This document shows positions 11,166-21,276 of a stretch of DNA of 64,000 bases, in pieces (the first letter of the stretch is position 1; each line of letters opens with the position of its first letter). Source of the stretch: Ascoidea asiatica JCM 7603 (Eukaryota; Fungi; Ascomycota). Below the pieces are notes generated by a model. That model saw only the letters and a program-made list of their open reading frames with translations. It was not told the DNA's origin and ran no database searches. The stretch lies in the NCBI GenBank assembly GCA_001600695.1, contig BCKQ01000002.1, forward strand, positions 1,902,258 through 1,966,257, written 5' to 3'. A program made the position numbers and the translations under genes.

Positions 11166-14100
11166 ATGTCAGTACGAAGAAATAATTCAATAAATGATAA
11201 TCATAACAATAATATCAATAAGGATTCAAATACTTCAATAAAATCTTCTAATTTAAAAGGTAGAAAAGCTGCTTTATCTTTCAAATTATTCAATGATAAT
11301 GATCAACAATTAATTAAGTCAAATGATTCAAATATCATTAATACTATCAATAATAATAATAATAATAATAATAACAAGGATACTATCACAACTGATAATA
11401 AATCTATCAAACAAGATAACTTTGATGATAATAATAATACCAATAATGATTCTAAAAAAGATAATCTATTAAAAAAAGACCTTATTCAAAATAAAATTAT
11501 TAATAATTTAAAAGATGATTTAAAAAAACATTATTATATAGTTAGACGCTCTTCAACTTCTATTTCAGCATCTGATTTATCTTCTTCACCTTCTTCTTCA
11601 TCATCATCTTATTCATCAAATACATCTTCATCTGCTTCAGATACTTCATCTATTTCATCACATTCTTCATGCATAAACTCTAATAAAATATTATCAAGAT
11701 CAAAATCTTTATCAAAAGCTTCAACTTTACCTTCAAATTTATATAATAATACACTAATATCAAAAAATAATTTTCTTAATAATCCCCTAAATAACAATAA
11801 TGCTCATCATATTCATAATCATAATCATTTGCATAATCATAATCATAATCATAATCATAATCATAATCATAATCATAATCATAATCGTAATCATTTTGAG
11901 AATTTATCAATAGATCCAAATATAAAGAATTTTGAAAATAAGAAAAATAATATTCACAATAATTCAAATAATAATAACAAGGATAAAAATGAAAATGATA
12001 AAAAAAAATTAATAAAAATTAAAAATCCTTTAACTTTACAACCTTTATCTTCAGCAACTTATATTCCACATACTCCAATTAATTCAAATTTTCAATTAAA
12101 GAAAAAAAAATTATCCGCTGATACAAAGAATAATGATATAAATGATATTAATGATAATAATAATGATAATACTCTTATAGCGCTTACTGATAATGAAAAA
12201 ATCAATAATAATAAAAATATTGATATTCAAAGTAATAAAATTGATGTTAATATACTGAGTGATAAATTCATTCGTCGAATTCATAAACATGCTATTGATG
12301 ATAGCATTGATGAGAGTATTGATGAAAGCATTAGTGAAAGTATTGATGATGATGAACCTGAACTTATAGAAGAAGATTTAGGTGATATTAATACTTTAGA
12401 AATTGTTGAAACTTTAGGTACTGATGATATTCAAAATGATGTCAATAATAATGATAATAATATAAATATTAATAAATTAGATAAAATCAATAATATTTTA
12501 GATAATAATAATGAATTTGATAATATTAATATCAATAAAACAAATATTTCAAAAAATTTTAATAATTTAAATACAGTAGAAAAAAATGAAATTATTAAAA
12601 AAAAAAATAGTCTTACTTTATCAACTTTATCTTTATCTACTGATCCATTAATTCTCAATAGAAATAATAATATTAATAATATAACTAATATCAATACATT
12701 AAAACAAAATCAATCAAAAAATATTATCCAAAATAATGATAACTATAATAATAATAATAATAATAATAAAAATATTATCAATAAATCAAAATCAAGTGAT
12801 TTAAATAATCAAATTGATTTCAGTGATCATGATTCAAATGAAAATTATCCATTGGCGGTTGAATTACAACCTTTTAAAAATAAAGTTGGTGGTCATACTG
12901 CAATTTTTAAATTTTCAAAAAGAGCAATTTGTAAAGCTTTAGTTAATAGAGAAAATAAATGGTATGAATCAATTGAAAGTTCTCATCCAGAATTATTAAA
13001 TTATATGCCAAAATATATTGGTGTATTAAATGTTAGATATAAATATTTAGAAACTATAGATTTTGATTCTCCATTAAATTCAAATCAAAATTCTTTTTTA
13101 AATTCTCAAACTTTAGATAATTCAAAAGTAAATAATAATAATTCTTTTCTAGAAATTGGTAATGATAACAATGATAATAATGTAAATGGTTATAATATTA
13201 AGGATCAACATAATAATAATTTTATCTATAGTAATAATAATAGTAATAATGGAACTGAAAATTTAAACAACAAAAAAGAAAGTTCAAATTCAATGGATAA
13301 TACTAATAATAATAATGACGAAATTTATAAAATTATAAATCAAAATGAATTAAATAATATTGCTCCGAATTTTAAAATTAATGGAAAAAATGATAATTAT
13401 GAATTACCCCCAGAAGTTGTATTAGATGATAATAAACATATTATCCCAGAGTCATTTTGGAATAATTATTCTTTAATAAATAGTACGGATAATAGTAAAA
13501 ATAATAGTCAACTGTTTAATTTTAATAATCAAAAAGTTAAAAATATAAATAATGCAACTTGTATAAATACTAAATTACAAGAATTAGTAATTCAAGAAGT
13601 TTTTGCACCAATAAAAATACATGCAGAAAATGCAAGAAGAAGATTAAAAAATAAAAGAAAATTAAAAAAACAAGATCATTTAAAATCAATTTTAGATGAT
13701 TCTATTATAGACAATAAATCAAAATTATTAATTGGAAATTCTTCAGAACCATCATCAACAACAACTTCAAAATATATAATAGATAAAGAAAAAAAAATTG
13801 GAAATGAGTTAAATAAAGTCAATCCTAATGAAGTAAGTAATAATCGGCAAAAGCAAGATAAAATCAATAAATCTTTCCTTGAAGTGAATATAAATACTCT
13901 ACCATTAAATGAGAATCAATTTGATATTAATAGTCAAAAGAATAACTTAAGTTTAATCAAAAGTAGAGATAAAAATAATACAACTTTGGATTTCACAGAA
14001 ACTGAGAGAAAACATCGTCATAACCGTCATAATAGCTCTAATAATAGTAGTAATAGTGACAAGAATAATAGATCGGATGAAAGTTTAAATATTTTCTCTT

Positions 14101-15593
14101 CTCATCATTCTTTGATGGAATTATCATCATTGGATAATACTGATTCATTTCCTTCTAGAGAAGTTATTATTAATTCAGTTAAGGCAATAAGAGAACCATT
14201 TGAAGAATGTCCAAGTAGAGCAAAATTCTCATTGCATGATGATGCTGAAGGTGATGAAGAAGAAGAAGAGGAAGAAGAAAATAATAGCAATGGATATAAT
14301 AAGTTATCTTTCAAAAAGGAAACATCCACCAATACTGGTTCTGAAAATGTCTTAGATAATAATCAAAATAATAAAACTTGTGATATTGAAGAGGAAAGTA
14401 GTATAAAATCAAGTGAAAAATCTAATATAAGTAGTTGCTCTATGTGTAATAATACTTATGGATCACTGATATCATCATCAAATAGTATTACTTTAAATGG
14501 AGAAGCCATCCCTCTTCCAAAAATAATAAATCCGAAATCAACTTCTAATGATACAGTTACTGATACTAACTCTAATTCAAATTCAAATTTAAATTCAAAT
14601 TCAAATTCAAATGATAAATTAGAACCTAAAACAAATATTGACCCAAATAATAGTTCAGTTAAATCTAATGTGAATATAGACAATAATAATAGTAATGGAG
14701 ATAATAATAGTAATAAAATTCATTATAAAGGGACTCATTTAAAACAAATTACAAGAATTGAAAAATTTATTCTATTAGAAGATTTAACAATTGGTATGAA
14801 AAGACCATGTGTAATGGATTTAAAAATGGGAACAAGACAATATGGAATTGAAGCCACTAGTAAAAAACAAAAATCTCAAAGGAAAAAATGTCATTATACT
14901 ACAAGTTTTAAACTTGGAGTTAGAATTTGTGGATTACAAGTTTATAATTTAGATAAAAAAAGATATATTAAAAGAGATAAATATTTTGGTAGAAGAATTA
15001 AAGTTGGAGAAGAATTTTTAAGATGTTTAATGACATTTTTATATGATGGTATTGATATTAATAGTATATTAATTTATATACCGAAAATAATTAAGAAATT
15101 GAAAGAATTAAAGAATATATTTATGAAATTAAAAGGATATAGAATGTATGGATCAAGTATATTAATAATGTATGATGGAGGAAATAAATTAGATAAAGAA
15201 AATGAAGAAGAAAATAAAAATGGAAATGATATTTTAATTAGAATGATTGATTTTTCACAATGTATCATATATGATGAATTAGAAATGAAAAAAGATAAAT
15301 ATTCATATTTACCAAGATTTAAAAATGATATTGATAAAGGATATATTAGAGGATTAAATTCATTAATTAATTATTTTGAATTAATTGAAGAGATTATAAA
15401 GACTTATAATAATAAATTTAATGATAATGAATTAAAAGAAATTCAAGAATTATTAGATTCATTTGAAGAAGATACAATTGAAGATGAAAATGATGATAAA
15501 TATGGAAATGGTAAAGGATTTAAAAATCATTTTGATAAAAAATTATATAAAGATATTTTAAGTGAATTTAATGATGATGAATTATCTGATTAA
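11166..15593 (+). CDS. KCS1: Inositol hexakisphosphate kinase
   Basis: PLAVELQPFKNKVGGHTAIFKFSKRAICKALVNRENKWYE, FILLEDLT, PCVMDLKMGTRQYG (PxxxDxKxG), YGSSILIMYDG and IRMIDF motifs; long Asn-rich inserts. Confidence 0.93.
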   Translation: MSVRRNNSINDNHNNNINKDSNTSIKSSNLKGRKAALSFKLFNDNDQQLIKSNDSNIINTINNNNNNNNNKDTITTDNKSIKQDNFDDNNNTNNDSKKDNLLKKDLIQNKIINNLKDDLKKHYYIVRRSSTSISASDLSSSPSSSSSSYSSNTSSSASDTSSISSHSSCINSNKILSRSKSLSKASTLPSNLYNNTLISKNNFLNNPLNNNNAHHIHNHNHLHNHNHNHNHNHNHNHNHNRNHFENLSIDPNIKNFENKKNNIHNNSNNNNKDKNENDKKKLIKIKNPLTLQPLSSATYIPHTPINSNFQLKKKKLSADTKNNDINDINDNNNDNTLIALTDNEKINNNKNIDIQSNKIDVNILSDKFIRRIHKHAIDDSIDESIDESISESIDDDEPELIEEDLGDINTLEIVETLGTDDIQNDVNNNDNNININKLDKINNILDNNNEFDNININKTNISKNFNNLNTVEKNEIIKKKNSLTLSTLSLSTDPLILNRNNNINNITNINTLKQNQSKNIIQNNDNYNNNNNNNKNIINKSKSSDLNNQIDFSDHDSNENYPLAVELQPFKNKVGGHTAIFKFSKRAICKALVNRENKWYESIESSHPELLNYMPKYIGVLNVRYKYLETIDFDSPLNSNQNSFLNSQTLDNSKVNNNNSFLEIGNDNNDNNVNGYNIKDQHNNNFIYSNNNSNNGTENLNNKKESSNSMDNTNNNNDEIYKIINQNELNNIAPNFKINGKNDNYELPPEVVLDDNKHIIPESFWNNYSLINSTDNSKNNSQLFNFNNQKVKNINNATCINTKLQELVIQEVFAPIKIHAENARRRLKNKRKLKKQDHLKSILDDSIIDNKSKLLIGNSSEPSSTTTSKYIIDKEKKIGNELNKVNPNEVSNNRQKQDKINKSFLEVNINTLPLNENQFDINSQKNNLSLIKSRDKNNTTLDFTETERKHRHNRHNSSNNSSNSDKNNRSDESLNIFSSHHSLMELSSLDNTDSFPSREVIINSVKAIREPFEECPSRAKFSLHDDAEGDEEEEEEEENNSNGYNKLSFKKETSTNTGSENVLDNNQNNKTCDIEEESSIKSSEKSNISSCSMCNNTYGSLISSSNSITLNGEAIPLPKIINPKSTSNDTVTDTNSNSNSNLNSNSNSNDKLEPKTNIDPNNSSVKSNVNIDNNNSNGDNNSNKIHYKGTHLKQITRIEKFILLEDLTIGMKRPCVMDLKMGTRQYGIEATSKKQKSQRKKCHYTTSFKLGVRICGLQVYNLDKKRYIKRDKYFGRRIKVGEEFLRCLMTFLYDGIDINSILIYIPKIIKKLKELKNIFMKLKGYRMYGSSILIMYDGGNKLDKENEEENKNGNDILIRMIDFSQCIIYDELEMKKDKYSYLPRFKNDIDKGYIRGLNSLINYFELIEEIIKTYNNKFNDNELKEIQELLDSFEEDTIEDENDDKYGNGKGFKNHFDKKLYKDILSEFNDDELSD
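11815..11886 (+). repeat. (CATAAT)n coding microsatellite encoding a His-Asn repeat
   Basis: HNHNHLHNHNHNHNHNHNHNHNHN in Kcs1. Confidence 0.9.
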
Positions 15594-16344
15594 GTGATTA
15601 AGTGAATGATTGATTGATTGAATGATTGATTGATTAAGTAATTAGTTAGTTAATTAAACCTGTATAATATAGATTTATAGTATAATGAATAAATAAATAA
15701 AACAAATAAATAAGTAAAATCGATTAAAATTGAATAATTCAAATAAATCTACAAATATATAATAAAAGTAATGATTAAATGATAATATTTATTAATTTTG
15801 TTTAAGTTTTTATTTTTTTAAGCGCCGATAAATAAATTTATTAAAATGTATATATAAAATGTAAATTTTAAATTAGAGATAAATTTTGATTTAAAAAAAA
15901 TAGATAGATATAAAAAGAAAAATAAAGAGATATATGAATATGAGAGAGAGATTAATGTACATTTTAAGAATAGAGAATAAAGAGTAAAAAAAAAAGGGTA
16001 AAAATAAAGAGTAAATATAAAGGGTAAATAAAGGATAAAAGATAAAGCATTATTAGCAATAGATTGATATTAGTTGAAAAAAAAAGGGCAAATGAAGTGA
16101 AATGAAATGATTTAAGATGATTTGTAGAATTGATTTAGAATTGTATTTAGGATTTAGAATTGATTTAGAATTGATTTAGAATTGTATTTAGGATAAATGA
16201 AGTTTTGAATGGATGAAAGGATGTCATAATCATTAGCATATAATAAAGGATAAATAGAATAGATAAAGAGAATAGAGTAAGAAATAAATTGAATTAAATG
16301 GATTAATGAGAAAATGAAGATGAAGATGAAGATGAAGATAAAGA

Positions 16345-16509
16345 TTATTTTTGAGGAATATCGAAACGAATTGAGGTTATACCATTTGGATGATTATAAT
16401 TTAAATTATTTGAAGCATTTGATTGTTGCCTTTGTCTTCTTAAATTGCAACGTTTCATATAATCAGATTTTTCATCAAAAAATGGAGTTTGATCATTTTT
16501 ATTAAACAT
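16345..16509 (-). CDS. Putative 54-aa small protein
   Basis: AAAATG context; MFNKNDQTPFFDEKSDYMKRCNLRRQRQQSNASNNLNYNHPNGITSIRFDIPQK*. The only complex-sequence ORF in a 2-kb low-complexity tract downstream of the 17.7-18.9 kb GC island. Confidence 0.55.
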   Translation of the reverse strand: MFNKNDQTPFFDEKSDYMKRCNLRRQRQQSNASNNLNYNHPNGITSIRFDIPQK

Positions 16510-17699
16510 TTTTAAGTTCATATATGTAAATATATAAATATATAAATATAATTGATTTGATTTGATTTGATTAAGATGATGATAATAAAAGGTTATTGTG
16601 GTTTGAAGATATGATTTAATAAGTTATTATTATTAAAATTTAAAATATTATTTATATTTAAATTTATTAATAAATTTATTAATAAATTTATTATTATAAT
16701 ATTGAATAAAGTATTGAATATGATATTGAAAGAGAAATTAAAGATGAATTTGAGAATTGTAATTAAATTTGAATTTAAAGATAATATTGAAAATAACATT
16801 AAATTCTTTTTTAGATTAAAGAAAATAAGATATTAATAAGTATATATTATAATAATAATAATAATAATAATACTATAATATTATAATATTATAATATTAA
16901 TATGAGTTAGATTTTTATATTGAAGTAATTTAGTAAGTGATTAAGTTATTAAGTAAGTAGTATTATATTATATTATATGATATTATTCGATAATACAATA
17001 ATACAAAGTATGTAAAAAATATATAAATAAATATAAATTTATATAATAAGTAAAAATAAAAGTAAAAGTAAAAGTAAAAGTAAAATGAAATAATGAAAAA
17101 ATTAAAAGGAAATAAAGAGAATTTATATCAAAAAAAACATATTATGATATAATTTAAAATAATATAAAAGTAATAGGTAAAGTATTGTAAATATTTATTG
17201 ATAATAAAGATAATTATGGTAATAAAGATTATTTGAATAGATTAAAATGAGATAGAGAGAGAGAGTTAAAAAGTAAGAAATCAATAAATAAATAATGTAA
17301 TGTAATGAATGAATGAATGAATGAATGAATGAATGAATGAATGAATGAATGAAATAAAATAAAATAAATTATCACTAGGTAAATTGGTATACTTTTAAGG
17401 AATATTTATTCATAGTAAATTCAAAATAAAATTTGCGTATTGAAAGTTTTAAAAGTATTGAAAATATTAAAAGTTTTGAAGCTTTGTAAAGCTTAACTTA
17501 CTTTTGGATACAGTTGCTGTAGAATTACAGTAATTAATTATTGATTGATTCAAATATTATTCAAATATTATTCAAATATTATTTGATGATTATTTGATAA
17601 ATAATAAAAGCTTTAATAAAATCTAAAAGTTTTAATTTTTTTCATAGTTTTAAAAGTATTGAAAGTTGAGATTTTTTAAGACAGAATGAAAAAATAAAA

Positions 17700-18870
17700 G
17701 AAAGAAAGAGGTGTGAACTCTTAGCGCGGGTTGTACCCTGGGCTGTGCGGGTCTCAATGGCCTACCAAAAATAGTTTCGGGGTGGCCAGGGCTCTCTAAA
17801 ACAGGGCTCTGGAGGTCATGAGCGAGCCCACTCGAGTTGCCAACGACGTAATCAGCGAGCTCTCGGGGAGATTGCAGCATCGGGGCGCTGGAGCGCGTCG
17901 GAGAACGCAGTCGCAGCGCTCGACGGTCTGACTGGCAGCAGGAGAGTTCATTGTCGGCTGTTGCTGAGAATCGAATCAGAACTGATCCGCCTTCAAAAAG
18001 GCGAAAGGAGAGCACTCTGGGCTTTATTTACTACCCAACTTCAGACTTTCTCAGACTTTCTCAGACTCTTGTGAAATAAATGCTCAAGTTTAAACTGAGC
18101 AGTTCCACTGGTGTATTCGGGTGTCTTTCTCTAGTACAATAGTGTATTTTCTGTTTCTCCCCCTGGGTTTATTCTGGTAAAGAGTGGATGGTGAGAATAT
18201 TTGCTTTGCGTTTGTGTGTGAAAGTGTTGTGATTCATGGGAGTTGAAACCGTTTTGGTTTTGGGTTTGCTGTTTATTCTACCGCTTGAACTTTTATATTA
18301 TTATGGGATATTATTATTACTATTGGAGAGGAGAAGAGAATTCAATTTCCGTTTTACAGAGTGACAGTGGTTACTGAAAGAACAAAGTGCAAAGTGCAAA
18401 CTGGTGGCGGCTGGAGCAGTGGCGGCCGATAGCGCACTGTGCGTGGCGCTGCACTTTCGACCATGGGAAGAACACCAAAAGGAAGCGTTACGTAATGATG
18501 CACAAATAAGACCGGGTAGCCTGCACTGGAATATTGTTTTGATGGGCGGACGAGAGTCTGGAACCCACCGGACCCCACTGGCAATAGCTGGTGCTAGCTG
18601 GCACCAGCTGGTTTTTTGCAGAATTCCCAAGTAGCAGTTCCACATTTCTGGTTTCACGCCCGAATTTCTGCTTGCCGCGTGGTGAGCACTGGTAAATTTG
18701 TTACATTTTTATTGAATTTGTTAATTTTGTTCCTGAGTCCGGTTGTGAGCCGATTGTGAGCCGGTTGTGAGCCGGTTGCGAGCTCTTCGCAGTTCTCAGA
18801 AAAAATTCCTGATTGCGGCAGTCGAATGAGAAAATGCCAGCACCAGTCACGTGCTCCAGGGCGAATAATA
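17700..18870. promoter_or_regulatory. Large GC-rich regulatory island
   Basis: Abrupt GC rise; TTACGTAA near 18488, CAGCTG pair near 18600, 11-bp GAGCCGGTTGT repeats at about 18735-18780, GTCACGTG near 18846. Its ORFs have no recognisable protein character. Confidence 0.5.
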
Positions 18871-19735
18871 TCTCAATCTTCACAACACACAACTTTTGAG
18901 ACAATTTTATTAGCTTTTGTTATTTTGTGTTATTCTCCTTGTTTTCTTTGTTCTCTTTGATTTTACTTTTATTTTTGTTCAATTTTAGTCAATTAAATTC
19001 ACTTTAAGTCAATTCAATTCATTTTTAGTCAATTTTAGTTAATTTTAGTCAATTTTAGTCAATTTTAATCACTTTCAGTCAATTTTAACCAAAATTTGTC
19101 AAAGATAATCAAAAATTGTTAATATTTATCAATATTTGTTAAAAAAATTCGTTAAAAATTGTCGAAAAATTCAATAATGATCTCTTTTTATTATTATTTT
19201 TATTATTATTCATATTTATTTAAAGTCATAGACATTTGTTAAACTATTGGTATCACTTACCGATAATACTAATACTATAAAGTTATTTTATTTAGTCTTT
19301 AATCTTTAAGTTAATCATTAATCACTTTAAGGGCATTAAATCCAGAGTAATGATTTTAAATATATTGATCTTATTATAAATTTTTTTTTCGTAAATTTTT
19401 AAATTTATCATAATTTGTCTAAAACTACAAAAAGTAAAAGTAATCAGAAAAAAAAACTTGAAAACGTTTAAAATGTAAATGATTTAACAATACAATATAA
19501 ATATATATTTCATAAAGTTTATATATAAATATGAGAGAGTCTATCATTAAATTACATCATTATAAATATAGTCTATCATTTATAATTACCGCTAATAGAG
19601 ATATTACATATTAGAAATTGAAATTTAGAAATTAAATATTAGATATTAAATTTTAAAGATTAAAGATTAAAGATTAGATATATGAACAAGGATAATTAAT
19701 GAAAATAATAAAAAAGAATAAATATGATTAAACCA

Positions 19736-20563
19736 TCACATAACTGTACAACATTTCATTAAATCTTTTTTACTTTCTTCTTCTGCTCCTTCAACTACTT
19801 CATTTGCTTCAACTTTACTTTGTTTATTTCTAGCTGTGATGGCTTCATCTTTAACAATTTCTGCTTCAACAATTGATTCTTGAATTGGTTCTTGAATTGA
19901 TTCTTGAATTGGTTCTTGAACTGATTCTTCTTTTAATTCATTAAATTCAGAAATACCAAAAAATTTACAAACTGTTTTATAAAATTCAATACCTTGAATT
20001 TCACAAATTTTTAATTCTAATTCACTTGCAATTCTTGATCCATCACCTCCTGCAAATGTTCCTGATCCCCATGGTGAACCTCCATGAATTTCTTCTAAAT
20101 TAGATAATTCTTTAAATGAATTTTTATAACCTAATGGTATATAAATCATACCATGATGAACAATACTTGATAATGAATTTCTAATTGTAATTTCTTGTCC
20201 ACCTCCAATTGTACCTGTACTTGTAAAAAATCCAATAAATTTACCATGTAATGTTCCTTCACTCCATAATCCACCTGTTTGTCCCCAAAAATCAACCCAT
20301 TGATAAGGTAAATTACCAAATCTTGTTGGTATACCAAATAAAAATCCATCATATTCTTTTAATTTTTCAATTGTTATTATTGGAATTTCTTCATTTAATT
20401 TATTTACTCCCATTTTTTTTAAAATTTCTTCATTTAAAATTTCTGGAATTTGATAAATATCAACTTTACCACCAATTGATTTAATTCCTTTTTCAATTGA
20501 TTTACTCATATTATTAATATGTCCATACATAGAATAATAAATAATTGCAATTTTTGGAGCCAT
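19736..20563 (-). CDS. YCP4: Flavodoxin-like NAD(P)H:quinone oxidoreductase (WrbA family) with C-terminal CCTVM lipidation motif
   Basis: KIAIIYYSMYGH, FGIPTRFGN, FWGQTGGLW, GGGQE, HHGMIYIPLGY, HGGSPWGSGTFAGGDGSR. The C-terminal extension ending CCTVM distinguishes Ycp4 from Pst2/Rfs1. Confidence 0.92.
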   Translation of the reverse strand: MAPKIAIIYYSMYGHINNMSKSIEKGIKSIGGKVDIYQIPEILNEEILKKMGVNKLNEEIPIITIEKLKEYDGFLFGIPTRFGNLPYQWVDFWGQTGGLWSEGTLHGKFIGFFTSTGTIGGGQEITIRNSLSSIVHHGMIYIPLGYKNSFKELSNLEEIHGGSPWGSGTFAGGDGSRIASELELKICEIQGIEFYKTVCKFFGISEFNELKEESVQEPIQESIQEPIQESIVEAEIVKDEAITARNKQSKVEANEVVEGAEEESKKDLMKCCTVM

Positions 20564-20860
20564 TTTTATTTATATTAATTAATTAATTATCTAACTTTTT
20601 TATATTTCAATTTCAATTTCAATTTCAATTTCAATTTCAATTTCTAAATCTATATCTCAATTAAATTAATTATTAAATATTTCAATTAATAAATAAAAGA
20701 TAAATACTTTTTTATATCAAATTATATAAATTCATTGTTTATTATATTCATTTATTAATCATATATTCATTTATCATTTAATTTTCCAGAATCTTTCAAA
20801 ACTTACTTTTCTCACTGTAAAACGGCCTTGTATTTATCTATTTAACTAATTAACCATGTA

Positions 20861-21092
20861 TTACTAATTTTTACAAAGCATTACGTTAAAATTACTACTC
20901 GAGCTCTTCTCTTTTTTTCCATTTCATAACATTCCTTCCAGCTTTTCGATTTTCCAATTTCAATTTATCCTTACCAGAACAATAGTAATCCGGAGTGCGG
21001 GTTTACACGGAAAGTATTTTAAACGGATTGAAAAAAATAAAAATAAAGTCACATGACAATTGAAGCACGTGCTTTGAAGGAAACCCACAGTT
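20861..21092 (-). promoter_or_regulatory. YCP4 promoter: Yap1-type and E-box sites
   Basis: TTACTAA 20861-20867, TTACAAA 20871-20877, GTCACATGAC 21048-21057, CACGTG 21066-21071, and AACTGTGG (minus strand) 21085-21092. Confidence 0.4.
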
Positions 21093-21185
21093 CTGGGGTC
21101 AACATTAGTTCAATTTCAACTTCAATAAAGTAGTAATTCATTTATCAAAAATATCATTTATCAATTGTTATTTATTATTTATCAT

Positions 21186-21276
21186 TTACCAATTACCAAT
21201 TACCAATTACCAATTACCAATTACCAATTACCAATTACCAATTACCAATTACCAATTACCAATTACCAATTACCAA
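21186..21276. repeat. Perfect heptamer tandem array (TTACCAA)13
   Basis: 91 nt, 13 exact copies read directly. Confidence 0.95.

Noticed and set aside
957-15268. Antisense or alternative-frame ORFs inside the WD40, RCK and KCS1 genes
   Set aside because: Shadows of low-complexity Asn/Ser/Glu codon runs on the real strand.
16593-16799. 68-aa I/N/L/F-rich ORF as a standalone gene
   Set aside because: Low-complexity AT sequence; at most a uORF of the 54-aa sORF.
17650-18904. ORFs within the large GC island
   Set aside because: Open frames on both strands are expected from high GC; codon usage is unlike real genes and there are no domains.
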